A stretch of 64,000 bases of DNA from Lama guanicoe (GCA_013239625.1 MU054220.1:5626626-5690625); one strand, 5' to 3'. Shown: positions 38,541 to 52,895, counted from the stretch's first letter. A program made the numbers and translations. The notes: generated by a model from the letters alone, not told the origin.

Positions 38541-39684
38541 GACTGAGAGGTGACTGCTTTAAAGGAAGTAGAAAGCACTTGACTGAGAGCTTCCTGAGGA
38601 CACAGAGGCCTATGTTTGTGTTTCTGGGGCTTAGCAGAATGTCTAACTCACTGTTTGCGCTCTGCAGACTGAATGGATGGGGTCTCCTGCTGTCCTGCTG
38701 ATACTGGTCCAGCACTGGTTCATCATCACTTTGTTTTCTTTGTTCCCCATTCCCCCATGCAACCAGGAGAAGTTTGCCCCCACCCTACAGTCCCTAAACT
38801 GATTTGATATTGCCATTCTAAAGTCAAAGACATTTGTAGGGACACTATTAAATACAGTAAAGCAGGAACATTTACCTCTGACCTGATCTCTCAGAGCCTT
38901 TAATTTTTGGTATGCTTCTGCATTATTGCTCTTCAAAAGGACACAGGTACAAGCTCAGGCATCATGCTGCCTTCAGCAGTCCTTAGCCATGTGACCTTGG
39001 GCAAATTGAACACTCTCAGCCTGGTTTTTAAAATCATTATTTAAATGTTTTTATATTCAAAGCATTATATGCTTTGGTATACAGATTACAACAGTGAAAA
39101 TATACTTACAACAAACACTGAACTAATGGGTTTTCTGTTATTATTTAAAGTGAATATTGATAGGAGGGACTTGAGGTTTTACAAAGTTTTTGAAAAATAT
39201 GCCCAAGCTTTTTGGAGTGGTGTACTTACTAAGCCTGTTATGAAGAGGGAATTGCTTCCTTGATCTATCCATTTTTCAATAGAGGGAAAGCGTTATGAGG
39301 CAGCATTTGGGGAGTGGATAGACCTGGATGTAGAGAAGGCTCTCAGGAAGTATGAGCCCTTACACTTCTATTAGTCTATGGATGATAACAGATTTGAAAA
39401 TCTTAAGTTGTCCTGCAGCTGCTTCTCTAGCCACTGTAGAGAAGGCACTAATTACTTTGGGGTGCTGGGGGGAAATGCAGCCTAGAACCCAGCCCTGGTG
39501 TGGATAAAACAGAAACAAAAACTGACTTTGGTGAGGGAGAAAGGAATTTTCCGGGAACTCCTGTAGCTGAGTTTACATGTTAATATTCAAACCTAAAAGA
39601 GAAGAACGTTATGTTGTGAAAGAAACACTATGTTATGTTAAGAGCTCTGTATTATAAAAGGGAGGATTATAGGAGGGCCGGACA

Positions 39685-39762
39685 GAGTGAGGGCAGAGAG
39701 AGAGAGAGAGAATCAGGGGGAAGGGGAGGAAGAGAGAGAAAAAAGAGAAAGAATGAGAGAAT
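39685..39762 (+). repeat. GA-rich polypurine simple repeat
   Basis: (AG)n run followed by a purine-rich tract. Confidence 0.8.
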
Positions 39763-40499
39763 AACATTGGGGATTCTGAAAATTTTGGATAAGCCCTCCA
39801 TTTTCTGAGCTTAGGCAGAAGACTGGGAGACTCAGAAGCACTGCAGTTGGCACCATGAGAAAACAGAGCAGCAGTGTCTAAGGCAGGCCTTCAAGAGGGT
39901 GGACTTGAGATTAGCTTCATATTGTCCCACACATTTTGGCCAGGTTTGGAGTGAGTTACCTTTGGGGATAGGGAAGTGCTCAGATAGTAAATAAAATAAT
40001 GATGCCTGACTTTGGTGAAAATAAAAATAAAACAAGCAAACAGTAAGCACTTAAGTTGAAGTAAGGTGGAATAATTTGTCTTCTCTAAGCAGATGGTTGA
40101 GTTTGGTCAGAGTTCCAGTTAGAAACAATTATGATTTCCCTTTTTTTCACATATAAGTCATAGAATATAAATGTCACCTTCTCCCCCATTACCTAAGTGT
40201 GGCATGTTTGACTAAACTTCCTTTGCAGGAGGAAAGGTAAGACCCTATGTCCCATCAGAAGGCCCATACCATGGGGGTTTTCCCAAATAGGAAAGAACTA
40301 TGGGTGCTGGGGAGTCCAAATATGACAAGGTACCACTCATTTCTGTATTTCCACTTTCTGTAAGAGTGCTGGTGTTCAGTAATGTGGTTGAATGAACACA
40401 CGAATGTGTCAGAAGTACCCTGCTGAGGTCGCTCCTTTCAGGTGATGGTATCAGGTGAGCTTCCTAGAAGATGCAGCCCATGATACTGTGTCCTCATGG

Positions 40500-40966
40500 C
40501 ACCCTCAGTGATTCTTTAACACATGATTCAGGAAGCGTTGCTCCTTTACCCCGAATTCTTCATTGGCTCCTCATTTTCTCAGAGTGAAAACCAAAATCCT
40601 AACCGTGACCTCACGGTGCTCCTGACCTATCTGACCTCCGGTCCTGCTACTTCCCTTCTCCTTCACTCTGCTTCAGACATGCCAGCTGTTTCGCTGTTCT
40701 CAGATCAGACATACTTTTGTCTTCAAGCGCTTGGCCCTGGTTGTCTCCTCTGCTTGAATATTCTTTTGCCAAATACCTGTACTTCCAACTAACATAAATA
40801 TTATTTATGTGTTTTACAGTTCTTTTTTTAAATTTTTCTGTCCTTTTTCTGGAGTGGATGCTTCACAAAGGCATTTTCTTTTTAATGTTTTTGATTCAAT
40901 AGATTAGTATCTGGCTCATAGTAGACACTCAGTAAATATATGCTGAATGAATGAATGAATGAATGC
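40500..40966 (+). mobile_element. L2 3' fragment
   Basis: 'ctcagagtgaaaaccaaaatcct...tggctcatagtagacactcagtaaata' ending in a (GAAT)n tail. Confidence 0.8.
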
Positions 40967-42669
40967 TAGATGGATAGGGTAACCACTCCATGAATCTCAT
41001 GAAGGCATCTTTGAAATGGAGGTAGTAATTAGCTCATATAGGATTGTGCATATTTTTAAAAAAATGAATCCTTCATTGAAGATAAGTAACTCAGATGGTA
41101 GATATTTTGACTTATTCTCCGTAAAGAAAAACTGAAACTCCCTTCATGGAAAAAAGTTTTCTATTTATTAGCCATAGGACTTGAACTAGAGGAAGTTCTG
41201 ATTGTGTTCACATTCACTTCTCAAAGATGTTGTAAGCTCTCATTGGGATTCAAGGAAAGATTTATCTATAAAAATCATCTAATAAAGAAATTTCCCAGTG
41301 AAATGCTCACTGGAGACCGAAGCCTCCAAGATCTCATTAAATTGTTGTGCGTGCAATATGCTTCTTAACTACCTGGGTCATCTTGCTGCCAGGGTACATC
41401 ATGAAGGGAAGATGATAAATCTCAGTGATTTTTCTTCTGTCTCAACCCGTGACCTAAGTTAGAAACATTGTTCTCTACCCAGTGCTGGTCCAGGTGGGCT
41501 GAGAGGCGATGACAGAATGTTCAAAAGAAACTACAGCGGCTCTTCTCACATGGAGTCTTTCTGAGACGTGAACACTGAGGACCTTGGTCCTTGGGATACT
41601 TTTGTTGCTAAAGAAACTGAATTCCTTTCAAGTGTGGCTATTTTGAAAAGAGGAACAATGTTGGGGAGCCATTGTTATGTCCTCCTAGAGCAAATGCGCA
41701 CAGCTTTCAAGTTAAAACTGGATATTTGAAAATCTAAAAGCAGTCTCTCTGGATTTTTGTATTGGAAGCTCTCTATAATACATAAATCAGTGGGATCCTT
41801 TGGAACCTCTGTCTATTGTGCCCACATGAAATAGGCCAGACTCCACTGGGAACAAAAAAAAAAATAGTAATCTGGTCATTCATTAGGTGGAACTGGGTGG
41901 GATTGAGGGTAGAGGGGAGATTAACTCTTTCAGGAGACTAAGTACAGATGCAGACATAGGAATATAAGATACGAGGTGGGGAAAAGAAGGAGAGTTGTTT
42001 ATAATTAATATGTCAGCTATTCAGATATTTTATGTCCATAGAAAAATCAACGTACCTGATGTAATTTTCAGTTCCCCTCTTCAAATGTAGATACGGACTT
42101 AAGTTTAATTTTATAAAGAGCATTTCTGTAATAAAAAACTTGGATACTCCACAAAGTTCGAAGTACCTGAAAGAAAATGGAAAAAAAATCATGCACAAAA
42201 ATATGTTGTCTTAATAAGGTTCAAAAGAAAATAATTTTGTCAGATATATTCCTGATAGGCTTTTGTTTGTTTTTCACTTTTTATTTAGACATTCGGGCAT
42301 CAAGAAGTCTTAATGGATGGTATTTTTTGTGATCTAAAGCTGGTTGCTGCCTCAGTATGAAAGGTGAAACGAACCAAAACTATTATTTCCTGAACATTTA
42401 TGATAGGCCAGAAAGTTTGCTAAGGGATAGAGATTTTATTTCATGGAATCTCTGTGGCGACAAGAAATGATTATCTCCATCTTACCTAGGAGTGAATGGA
42501 CTTTAAGAGTGTAAGTTATTTTTCCAAAGTCTCACAGCTTCCAAGAGAAGGGGCTGCAACAAACTCAGCTGTTCTGCTGACTTCCAAACCTATGCTCCTT
42601 ATGTCTACATACACACCCTCTACAAGGAGAAAATAATTTTATTTCCTGCTGTTAGAATCTGGCTCTGTC

Positions 42670-43330
42670 TATTTTTTTCCATTTTAATTGAGAAAATAAT
42701 CATAAATTTTAAAAAGTATTCCTGTGCCCAAGGTTTAGTTAAAGGATGTTATGTTTATACAAAAATTTAGGCAAATATATTTTTGTGTGGTTGTAATCAA
42801 TATGAACATAGAATTTCATACTTTGCTCTTTTATGTCATATATGCTTTACATAATGTTGCAAATTTTAAAAAGTTTTAAAATATTTTTAGAACATTCCAA
42901 TGAGTAGGCACACCATAATGCTGGACATTTTAATCATTTCTAATTTTTAGGTATTACAGACAATATTGCAGTCAAAATCCTAACTGAAAGGGGAAAAAGA
43001 GGCTTAAATGAATGCTTTCTCTGGAATAATTTCTGAGAATGGGATTACTGAGATACCTTGATTTCTATCAATATACATTGATATATTGCCTTTGAAAGTG
43101 ATAGACCTGCATTGCAGTTGCACCCCAAATTGCATGAGCTTGTAAACTTTACCATCTTCACTATCACTGGCAGTTGTGACTTAAAGCTCATTCATGCAAT
43201 AGCAATGAAACGTAACCTCATTGTTTTAATTTGCATTAATTTGATTATTTGTAAGACTGAACATTCCCCCATATATTCATTTAGAATGTTCATTTTCTCT
43301 TTTTACCATGCAAATCAGTGGCATCGCTTA
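42670..43330 (-). mobile_element. Decayed old L1 (L1ME-like)
   Basis: 'ttctgagaatgggattactg' and 'ctcattgttttaatttgcatt...gactgaacatt' are antisense L1 ORF2-end motifs. Confidence 0.55.
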
Positions 43331-44799
43331 AATATATTTTATCATTTCTGGTATTCTCAAAGGATAGAGACATGTATTTCAATCTAATTATATATGTGTA
43401 TATATATATGGGCATTTATACAAATCCCTCTAGATGTATAAATATGTGTGTATATGTCACTTTCAGGTTAGTTAGAATCATTGCAGGACACATAAAAATT
43501 CAAATGATTCTTTTTTTCTGAGAGGATATCAGAAAGCCTGGTACCTTTATCATGTACTGCTGGGAACTTAAATTATTTACTCTAATGAGATAATCCGTAT
43601 TACCTTCCCTTGACTCTTAAGCTCCTAGTTACTCAATGAAATAGTCACCCCAGTCTAATTGAGGAGTTGCCGTTAGAATCCTGTCGCTTGCAGGCTGGTG
43701 ACCCCTCTAGAAGTGAAGGATATGGCCCAGGAATGCAGATGACAGATGCAAGGCCTTGAGCACCAGTGGTGCCTCCACCCTGCACCTTGTGCCAGGTGTT
43801 GGCCTGTGGGAGGGGCACTAGGATTAAGGCCAAGAGCTTAGTGCTGGCTTTTGGCCCAATGCACCACACACAGAATACATTCTGAGTGTCGTTAGCAGAC
43901 ACTATCACCTAGAAACTGATTTAGTTGTAGGGAATTTTTGGTCTCATAAATTTCCATGAAAATGGGCTTTGAATTTAAAACCGTAAAATTGATCTTTGAA
44001 GTAAAAACAATAGAATCTGTCTTCTTGTTTGAAGTGTTTTAGTCAAGAATCAAGTTTGGGTGACTCCAGAGAGGGTAAAGGGCTTGTACCAAGACAGACA
44101 GAACTAGTCTCTCCTAGTGCTTGTTAAGCACGGCTGCCTGTTGGGCCGTGTTTCAGAGGCTCTTTGGCTGGAAAATGGGCAATAAAAAGCCGTGTTGTTT
44201 GGGGAAAAGTAATGAGATCCTCTGGCTCTAGTCCTCTCTTTTTCCTTCATGATTATAACTCTCTTTTACATTAATCGGGAACAGGTCACCTACTCATCAC
44301 TGGGGATCCTTAAAAGGTTAGCTAGTCTGATAATAACTGATATCATTCATTTAAAAAACCAGTTCATTTAGCTTATCATTCATTCACTAATCAGGGAGGG
44401 GCATGCAACATGGTAGGTACCATAGAAAATTTTAACTTCAGGGTTTTAAGTCCTAAGTTCTCTGCCACTTAATTACTGGTGTCCATGGGCTGGAAAGATA
44501 GCATATCTGAATCTAAGTTTTTTATTTATAAAATGAGACTAGACCGGATTACTGGGTTTTCTTCCCGCTATCACAGTTTGTGATTCTTTGGTAACATATG
44601 CATCAAGCACCTACATCTGGCACGATGCCCTTCTGATTTAGGAAAGTATGAAGGAAATGCCAGATGTATTACCTACCATGCAGGAACTTTCATTCTTGTG
44701 ACCTCTCACTAACACAACAGGCAAGTAACAGTGCATGCACCCACAGGAGAGGTGTTACAATAGTAATGCTCTGAGGGTGTCTTGTCGTTGGATGAGACA

Positions 44800-45050
44800 A
44801 TACAGTGTGTGGAGGTTGGAGAGACGATATGATGGGCTTGAAGCTATACAGATCTGTGTTCCAAATTCTGCTACAGCACCTGCTCTCTGTACTGCTTGGC
44901 TTAAGTGATTGGACTTCTAGGATTTAGTTTGCTTATCCATCAAATGGGAAAGTAATCATTCCTCTGAGTGGCTTAGTGTTCTCAAAGTTAGAGATGGTGT
45001 GTGTGGTGTCACTTGCTGCCTGGTATGTTGTAGACACTAAAAATAATGGT
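44800..45050 (+). mobile_element. MIR SINE
   Basis: 'cagatctgtgttccaaattctgct...aagtgattggacttct...aaatgggaa...tgcctggtatgttgtagacact'. Confidence 0.6.
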
Positions 45051-45526
45051 AGACAAAATATGGAGAAGGAAGAAAGTGCAAGAAGAGGAGAAATATGGGC
45101 AGCATAAACAAGAATTTTGGACTGGATATTAGATTTTTTTTTTTTTTGCACTTTCAGTTGAGTAAAGGAATTTGCAAAATGTGGCTTATGTGTATATTAT
45201 TTACATCATGGAACTTGAGCTTCTGGTGGGAAAAAAAACAAACAAAAAAGGAAATGAAAATACATCATTACTGTGCTGAATGCTTTTATGTCCAGTGTAC
45301 ATAAGAACTTATAGCAAGATGACCTGATTTAATCTGACATGTTAGAAGATGATTCTCTGAGGAAGTGACCTCCATGCTGAAATCTGAAAGATGCTGCATA
45401 GGAAGTGATTAGTTGAAGGGAGCAATGTACATAAAGCCCTGAAATGGGAAGGATGGCACATCTGAGCAACTGAAAGGTTAATAGGACTGGGGCAAGATAT
45501 GAAGCAAGAATGGTGCCGGAAGGCCC

Positions 45527-45809
45527 CATGGATGGAAAGTTACTGAGAGGAAACATTGGGGTAAGAGGGGATTCTTGATAAACAGATCTAATAGGATTCT
45601 TGTGGAAGGCAGTCCAGGCTGACCAGATTTCAGCTGGGGGGGATGGCGAAGGATGAGGACTTTGATCTGATATTGGGGTAGGGATGGGATGAGTGGATTC
45701 TCACTAAACTGACTGAGCCAGATTCTTGCTAGAGTAGACATTGAGGTCTAGCCTTAGTGGGCTTAGAGGGGTCTGGCTAGAGTCTTAAAAAAGGAGAGCA
45801 CCTGTGTCG
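45527..45809 (-). mobile_element. MER31-like ERV1 LTR fragment
   Basis: The reverse complement contains the repeated 'caagaatcc' motifs and 'atgtttcctctcagtaactttccatcca' characteristic of MER31. Confidence 0.7.
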
Positions 45810-47965
45810 AGTGTAATTATACTCCATTTTCAATTAATATATCTGATTAGATAAGAAATAACTGAATAACTTTTCTCAAAGTATATATTACTTTTTGTGT
45901 CAAGTCATAACATCTTCTAAAATGATTTTTCCTTATTATTTACATATTAGGCCAAGTTCAAAAATATCAACATCTATAAAGAAGTTTCCTTAAAGAATAG
46001 GTAATTTTTATATGTGCTAAACCTTTAAGAATAATGATGTTACCCCTTTTACAGGGCTTAATCTTCAAATAGGCACTTGTGAAATGTGTTCTTTCCTTTG
46101 GCAGGTGTTTGGTTATGTGTCATCCTTTCAACAAATACACATAATAAGCCAGCATTATGCATTATAGAGCCAGGGATAGAGCAGTGAACAAAAGAAGTAT
46201 CTTTTGTACTCTAAAGGAGCTCTTTCTTTTCTTCTTCAAATCACTACTCAGAACCTTTAGTTCTGATTGTAAAGTCCTGAATCTGTCTTGGCAGACTCTA
46301 AAATTTGTATTTATATTCTTACATTCATATGTGATCTTCATGACAATTCTCTGTGAAAGTAGAGGCAATAGAGGGTAAAGATTAAGAACTTGGATTTTGT
46401 AATCAGAGACGCTGGGGTTGAAATCCTGGCTCTGCTGTTTATTAGCTCTTTTTTGCTAAGCACTCTATCTGGGTGATTTTAAACTCAAAAATACTTCTGT
46501 GTGAGAAATGCAGTTACTTTCATTTAGAGGACAAATTGAAGCTTAGAGAGGTAAAGGTGTTTTCCCAAGATCTCGCACCTAGCTTTAAAGCGTAACACAT
46601 TGCTGATTACCTAAGTTTAGCAACTTTCTCTTCTATAATAATTAAAAACATTTCATATTTTCCTGATTCTGAAATTCCACAAACCTCTTGAGATAGGACC
46701 AGTCTCTAGGCCTCTAAATACTTTGCCTTATTAAAAACCAACAGAGTCTCCTGTTGAAAGAGTTGCCTGGCCAGGGAAAACATTTTTTTCTTGTTTCTTA
46801 ATAGAAAATCAAGCATGCTGATTAGAGCAGAGTAATAGTTTCGAAAGCTTCCTCTTGACAGAGCATTTGCTTTCTCATTTCCTAATGAATTACTCCCCAA
46901 AGAAACTCATTATATTTCAAAGCACAGTGCTCCCTGGACACCTCCCCACCTCCACCATTCACTTACTAAAATGTTCATCATTTAGGAACCCATAAGCCTT
47001 GCCCAATTCACTGAGTCCTTGGAATCCTTTGCGTATCAATAACTCTTTGTTCTATGTTACGATGAAAAGGACCTTTGTCCTCAGATAAATAGGAAAGGAA
47101 GTCTTTTCTTACTTACAGATAAGGAACATTTTGCTGATGAGATGGAAAGATACAATGATAAATACTATGATATTATTTTGTTATTATTATTATACGTATA
47201 GTTTAGTTAGGGAGTCTTGGCCTATTGGGGTGTAAATATCAAACAGTTTTATTGTTTCCAATAAGAACACTCCACAGTCCTTTGTTGACCTCTGTCTCTC
47301 CCACAGGGGAGCAGGTGCGTTTCATGACATCTAATTTCATAACATTTTAGTCTCTTTAGGTTATTAAAATAGGTTGATTTTAGTTCCAAGGCTCAGAACT
47401 TTTCCTTTTAAAACTTCAAATTCATATCTGAAAGAATGCTTCCCCCTCTCCTACCCTACTCTGGGGGTGAGGTATGGAGTCTGCTCTCCATCACACAGCC
47501 CTCCTTCACTCCAGTTACCTCTTGAGTATTGGGGTGAGAGGAAAGAATGGGGAAAATATGCAAGATGAGTTTTTTCCCTGAGTAACTTGGGACTACTTTT
47601 CTACGTTGTTGAGTCTGCACTTGATGTGGACCACTGGTGGTTTCAAGAGACTGGCTGTTGAGGAGTCCAATCCAAGCAGTCCCACCAGACCCCAGAGCTA
47701 CCTGGTGAGCTCAGCCCCTGCGTCATGTGGATGGTGTCATGCCGTCTTCCCTTGCTGTGCATGTCTCCTTGCCCCACACTCTGGGGTCCTCCTCTCACCC
47801 ACCAATCTCACCTGCCCTCTGTGGCCCCACCTCGGGAAGACTCCATCTTCTACACCTGTCCAGCCTGCCACGCCATCCCCCCGTCAAGGCTCTTCCCCCT
47901 GCTCTGGAGCATTGGGCAGGCGAGTCCAGCTACTCCAGCCTTCTAGATATCTGCCCCTCCCCCTT

Positions 47966-48398
47966 TGTGTCAGTTTCCTAGCTCTGCCTTACTACAAATT
48001 GGGTGGCTTAAAGCAACAAAACTTTATTATCTCACAGTTCTCAAAACTAGAAGTTCAAAATCAAGGTGTTGATAGGGCCACAATCCCTCCGAGACTCTGA
48101 ATAGAGTCCTTCCCTGCCTTGTCCTGGCTTCTGATGGTGGCCGTTGTTCCCCGGTATTTCTTGGCTTCCATAACTCCAATCTCTGCCTCTGCTGTCACAC
48201 GCATTCTGTCTGTGTGTCTCCACAATATCTTCTTACAGGGACTTATTAAATTCAGGGCTCACCCTACTCTAGTATGACCTCATCTGATTTAACTAATTAC
48301 GTCTACAACTTTTATCCCAAATAAGATCACATTCTGAGGTACTCAGGGTTAAGATCTTAAAATACCTTTTGTGGGGGAACATGATTCAACCCATAACA
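47966..48398 (-). mobile_element. MaLR LTR (MLT1B-like)
   Basis: 'cagtttccta...gggtggcttaaagcaacaaaactttatt..ctcacagttct' through 'cacattctgaggtact...attcaacccataaca'; flanks ccctt / cccct. Confidence 0.85.
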
Positions 48399-48889
48399 CC
48401 CCTCTTTTCAGACATTCCCAAATTTGACAAGTGATTCCCTTGGTTTTGAGCAAAACTAGTCACATGACCCCACCCTTCCCCAACTGGAATGTGAAGAGAA
48501 GAGGTAAAATTTCTTCATGAATATTGCATTATTCAAAAATGATAAGCTTTTCCCCATTCCCAGTCTTTTTTAAACCATCTTCAAGTAAGAGGAGGTGACC
48601 GCTGGTCTGCTGGAATGCTGCTTCTCTGCAGATGTGAGGCGAAGAGACTGGCCCTAGAACTAGCAGGTCTGAGCTCACAAGGTTGTAAACACCCCTGTCA
48701 CCCTCCACGATGGCATTTGTTATCCACCTAGATAAACAGGAAAATTCTTTGTAGCACCATCTTATTATAATAATGATGCTGATAATAATGATGATGCTGT
48801 TCACTTTTTTTGTGTGCAGTTATGCCAGGCACCACCATGAATGTTTTAGGTACACTGTCATATTTAATTCTTTCAACCAAGGTATTATA

Positions 48890-50460
48890 TTTTTTTAGTT
48901 TTAACTAATTTTAGCCTTACAGAGATACAAAGTTTCTATCTGTCTCTAATCCCACTTTGTTCAGTAATTTTGATCAGTTATCTTATCAAATGTCCTTCAA
49001 TTTCGGTTTGTCTGATGTTTTCTCATGATGGTACAGACTGCAGGTACTCATTTTGAGCAAAAATACTGCAGAAATGATGCTGTATCTTCAGTGTATCCTA
49101 TCATGGGATTCATTATGTTGATATGTGTTATTACTGGTGATACTGACCTTGGTCACTTGGTGAAGGTGGTTTTGGCAGGTTTCTCCATTGCAAAGTTAGT
49201 ATTTTTCCCTTATAGTAATCAATATCATGAGGGAGATATTTCGAGACGATGCTATCCTGTTTCTCCTCAAACTTCTGCCTGCTAATTTTAGCAGCTCTCT
49301 TGGATCTTGTCTACAATTATCCTGTGATGTTTATGTGATGACTATTTTCTGTTTCCCTCTGTTCCTCTACATTTATTAATTGAAAATCAACTGTAGCAAA
49401 ATGTTGCCTTTCTCCTCTCTTTAATTATTAAGTCAGAATGGACTCTGGAATATTTTTAAATTTATGAGATATAATTCAATATTATCATTATTTATGTTGT
49501 TCAAATTGTTCCAGCTTTGAAATATAAATTTGACATGTGTTTGTGTAATGTATCCTTGAAAGAGTAAGGCGTTACTGAGAATATATCTTGACCCAGACAG
49601 AACCCGGTTAAGACTTCCATATACATTTTTAAGAATCTGGCAGATGGGTGAGGAGATTTAACCGTCTTACAGCGCCCCGAGACAAGCCTGATACGTAAGT
49701 TCCTGTGCTTATTAAACCTGCCATCTGCTAATCTGGAGTGGTCTGCCTCTCCTTACTCCTTTTCTGTGGGAGCTAGTTTCAGATTTTACCCGGGAATCTC
49801 CTGAGGGTGCACCCTAAGAGCAACTAGGGATTTTTTTTTTTTAATATTTTCAGTTTTTCTTTTCTCAGAATGTATTATAATTGGATTTATAAAATATGTA
49901 GCCCTTTCAGACTGACTTCTTTCACTTAGAAATGTGCATTGAAGGTTCATTAATGACTTCCGTAGCTTGATAACTCATTTCTTCTTATCAATGAATAATA
50001 TGACACTGTATGGATGTACCAGCTTGTAAACTCTTTAACCTACTGAAGGATATCTTGCCAAACTTCCAGTTTGGGCAATTATGAATAAAGTTACTATAAA
50101 CATTGCAGATTTTTGTATGGACGTTAGTTTTTAAGTAAGTTGAGTAGATACCTAGGAGTGAGATTGCTGGATGATAAGACAAAATTTAGCTGTGTAATCA
50201 GTAGCTAGATTGTCTGTCTCATTGGCTGTGCCATTTTACGTTCCCACCAGCAATGAGTGAGGGTTCCTGTTGCTCAGCATCTTCTCCAGGATTGGTATTG
50301 TCAATTTTCCAGATCTTAACCATCCTAATAGGTGTATAGTTGGGTACCTAATTATTGTTTTAATTTGCAATTCTCCAGTGACAAACGATGTTGAACATCA
50401 GTTGATATGGTTCCTTGCTGTCTGTATATCTTCTTTGGTGATTTGTCTATTCAGATAATT
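48890..50460 (-). mobile_element. Old L1 (L1MC/MD-like) fragments interrupted by an LTR piece
   Basis: Antisense L1 3'UTR and ORF2 end, e.g. 'cctaggagtgagattgctgg', 'ttcccaccagcaatgagtgagggttcctgttgct'. Confidence 0.75.
49536..49824 (+). mobile_element. ERV LTR fragment nested in the L1
   Basis: GC-richer island with CpGs and 'gtaagttcctgtgcttattaaacctgcc..ctggagtggtctgcctct' (ATTAAA poly(A) signal in an LTR R/U5-like context). Family not identified. Confidence 0.5.
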
Positions 50461-50464
50461 GCCT

Positions 50465-51360
50465 ACTTTTTAATAGACTTTAATTTTTTTATTGAAGCAT
50501 ACTCAGTTTACAACGTGTCAGTTTCTGGCATACAGCATAATATTTTAGTAATAGACTTCAATTTTTACAGTGGTTTTAAGATTATAGAAAAATTGGGCAG
50601 AAAGTATAGAGGGTTCCTATGAACACGTCTCCTCCCCATTAGTTCTCCCTTTTTTAACATGTTGCATTAATATGGTACATTTGTTGTAATATGAACCAAT
50701 GTTGATTCATTTTTATTAACTAAAGTCCATAGTCTCACTCTTTGTGTAATATAGTTCTATGAGTTTTCATAGGTGCATAATATCATGTAGCCACCATTAT
50801 AATATCATGCAAAATAGTTTCACTGCCTTAAAAATGCCTGGTATCTACCTATTATTCTCCCTCACATCCCTCTGAACTCCAGGCAACCACTGATATTTTT
50901 ACTGTCTCTAGTTTTCCTCTTCTAGAATTTCCATGCATCCTGTAGCCTTTTCAGATTGGCTTCTTTCACTTGGCAGCGTGCATTTAAGGCTCTCTATTTA
51001 TTTTCATGACTTGCTAGCTCATTTGTTTTTATTGTTGAAGAATATTCCATTTTACTGAGGTACAACAGTTTGTTACCCATTCACCTATTGAAGTGCATCT
51101 TGAGTACTTCCAAATTTTGGCAATTATGAACAAAACCGATATAAATATTCCTGTTAAGGTTTTTGTGTGGACGTAAGTGTTCAGCTCCGTTGGGTAAATA
51201 TCTAGCAGCAAGATGATTAAATTTATGGTAAGTCTATGTTTAGTTTTGGAAGAAACTATCAAACTGTCTTCTGAAATGGCTGGCTGCATTTTTTTGCATT
51301 CTCTCCAGCACTGAATGAGACGTCCTGTTGATCCACATTCTTGCCAGCGTTTGGTGTCAG
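50465..51360 (-). mobile_element. L1MC1/2-like 3' end
   Basis: 'aaaattgggcagaaagtatagagggttcctat...attaactaaagtccatag...aatagtttcactgccttaaaaat' is homologous to the reverse of 21100-21850. Confidence 0.8.
50489..50548 (-). mobile_element. ~60-bp young L1 3' tip
   Basis: 'ttattgaagcatactcagtttacaacgtgtcagtttctggcatacagcataa' flanked by taatagactttaattttt / taatagacttcaattttt (17/18). Confidence 0.75.
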
Positions 51361-52870
51361 TATATTTCTAATTCAGAGTTTCATATTCACATTTCCAAAT
51401 GTCTGCTGAGGTTTTCAATTCACTTTTGAATGTAGGATTATAGTTTTCTCAGGTTCGAGGTCTTTGTGGGGTTTTTTGTTTTTGTTTTTGTTTTGAGGAG
51501 GAAGGGAGAAATTTCACCAGCCGAAATGCTTTGATTCATCTTTTCTGTTTTGATTTTTGTAATTTTGTATGAATATGGTCAGTTTGTTTGTTTGCTATTT
51601 TTATTTATTTTGTAAACAATGCTCCTAGTTCAAGAATTCTCTCTACTCTCCTTTGTGTCCCCTTCTGTGCAGTTTCTGTGCAGGGTGGGGTTGATAGTGG
51701 GAGCCAGGGGAAGAAGAAGTTGATGTGCCTTATTTCTCCTTTGTTTGTAAGATATTTAATTCCCCCTACTTTGTTCCTTATTTCCTTTCACTGCCTCATT
51801 GCTAAGGAGTACCACCCATCCTCTATGTATCCGGTTACCTCCTGAACGCAGTACTTTTATGTGGTCACCACCACTTGCCAAGCTCTTTTACCATAGCCAA
51901 TACTGTGAACCACCACGTTCTGAACTGTGGTTCCTGTATTGGCATTGAATACTGGACTTTCACTTTCTTAGGTAATTTTGTCTGTGCTTTTTCTGTGTCC
52001 TCCATACTTCTCTTCATTAAGTCCCTCAAGCCTCTTCTATCCCATACTCCACATCTATAGGCTTGCAGTAGTGGGTAGGAGCCCTGCTGGAATTTTTAAA
52101 TTCACTTACAATTAATTTAAAGGCAGTTTTTTTTTAATCTTCTAATGGGAAAAGCATATTACTTTCATTGATGTCGTGAGTTTTATGGAGAAATTGTTGG
52201 GAAATTTTGAAATCAGACAATTCCCACTATCTCAAAAACCACTAGCTTTAAATTAAATGCAGAAATTTCAAAACTTTAGAAATTATATGGCCTGGATGCA
52301 GTATTATAAGATGGTAATGTCCTGAGCTTTCAAAGACTGAGGCTGTGAGCCCTATATTCCAATACAACACATGGAAAAGTGAAACCCTTGAAGAAAAGAT
52401 AGATGCTTAGATGTGTAGATGGGTAGACAGAAATGTATAAATAGATAGACAGATGCAGTGTCAGGATGTATATTAGAGGCAGAGGGATGATGGAGAGCTT
52501 TTCCTGCCTTAAAAATGCAGGATGAGTTGGTCCTTTCTGTTGACTAAACAGAAGGAGATTAAAGAGGAGGGAATTTCCTGCCTGAGAGAGACTGATCCAC
52601 AGTGTCTCTCTGTCTACATGCTCCAGTGGAGCCAAATGAGACTGGCAATTACTGCAAACAAAAGGTGAAAACAGATAGTCAAAAGTCAAAGAAAGAAGTT
52701 ATTTTCTTAGGGAAAACACCATTTTGGAAGCATTTATCCCTCTCTATGGGTGATTCATAGTGAGTAAGGGGACAGAGATATTAGATCTGTCTTGTGACCC
52801 AGCTCATAGACCTTTCCCCAAAGCTTCTGAGCTAAATTGGTAGTCTTTCCTGGTATTGCCAGTGAGTGGC

Positions 52871-52895
<25 letters not shown>
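52871..52895 (+). repeat. (TG)12 microsatellite
   Basis: Read directly from the sequence. Confidence 0.95.

Noticed and set aside
47606..48100. Longest ORF in the window (164 aa)
   Set aside because: It has a non-ATG start and no recognisable domain, and its C-terminus (LGGLKQQNFIISQF...) is translated antisense MLT1 sequence.
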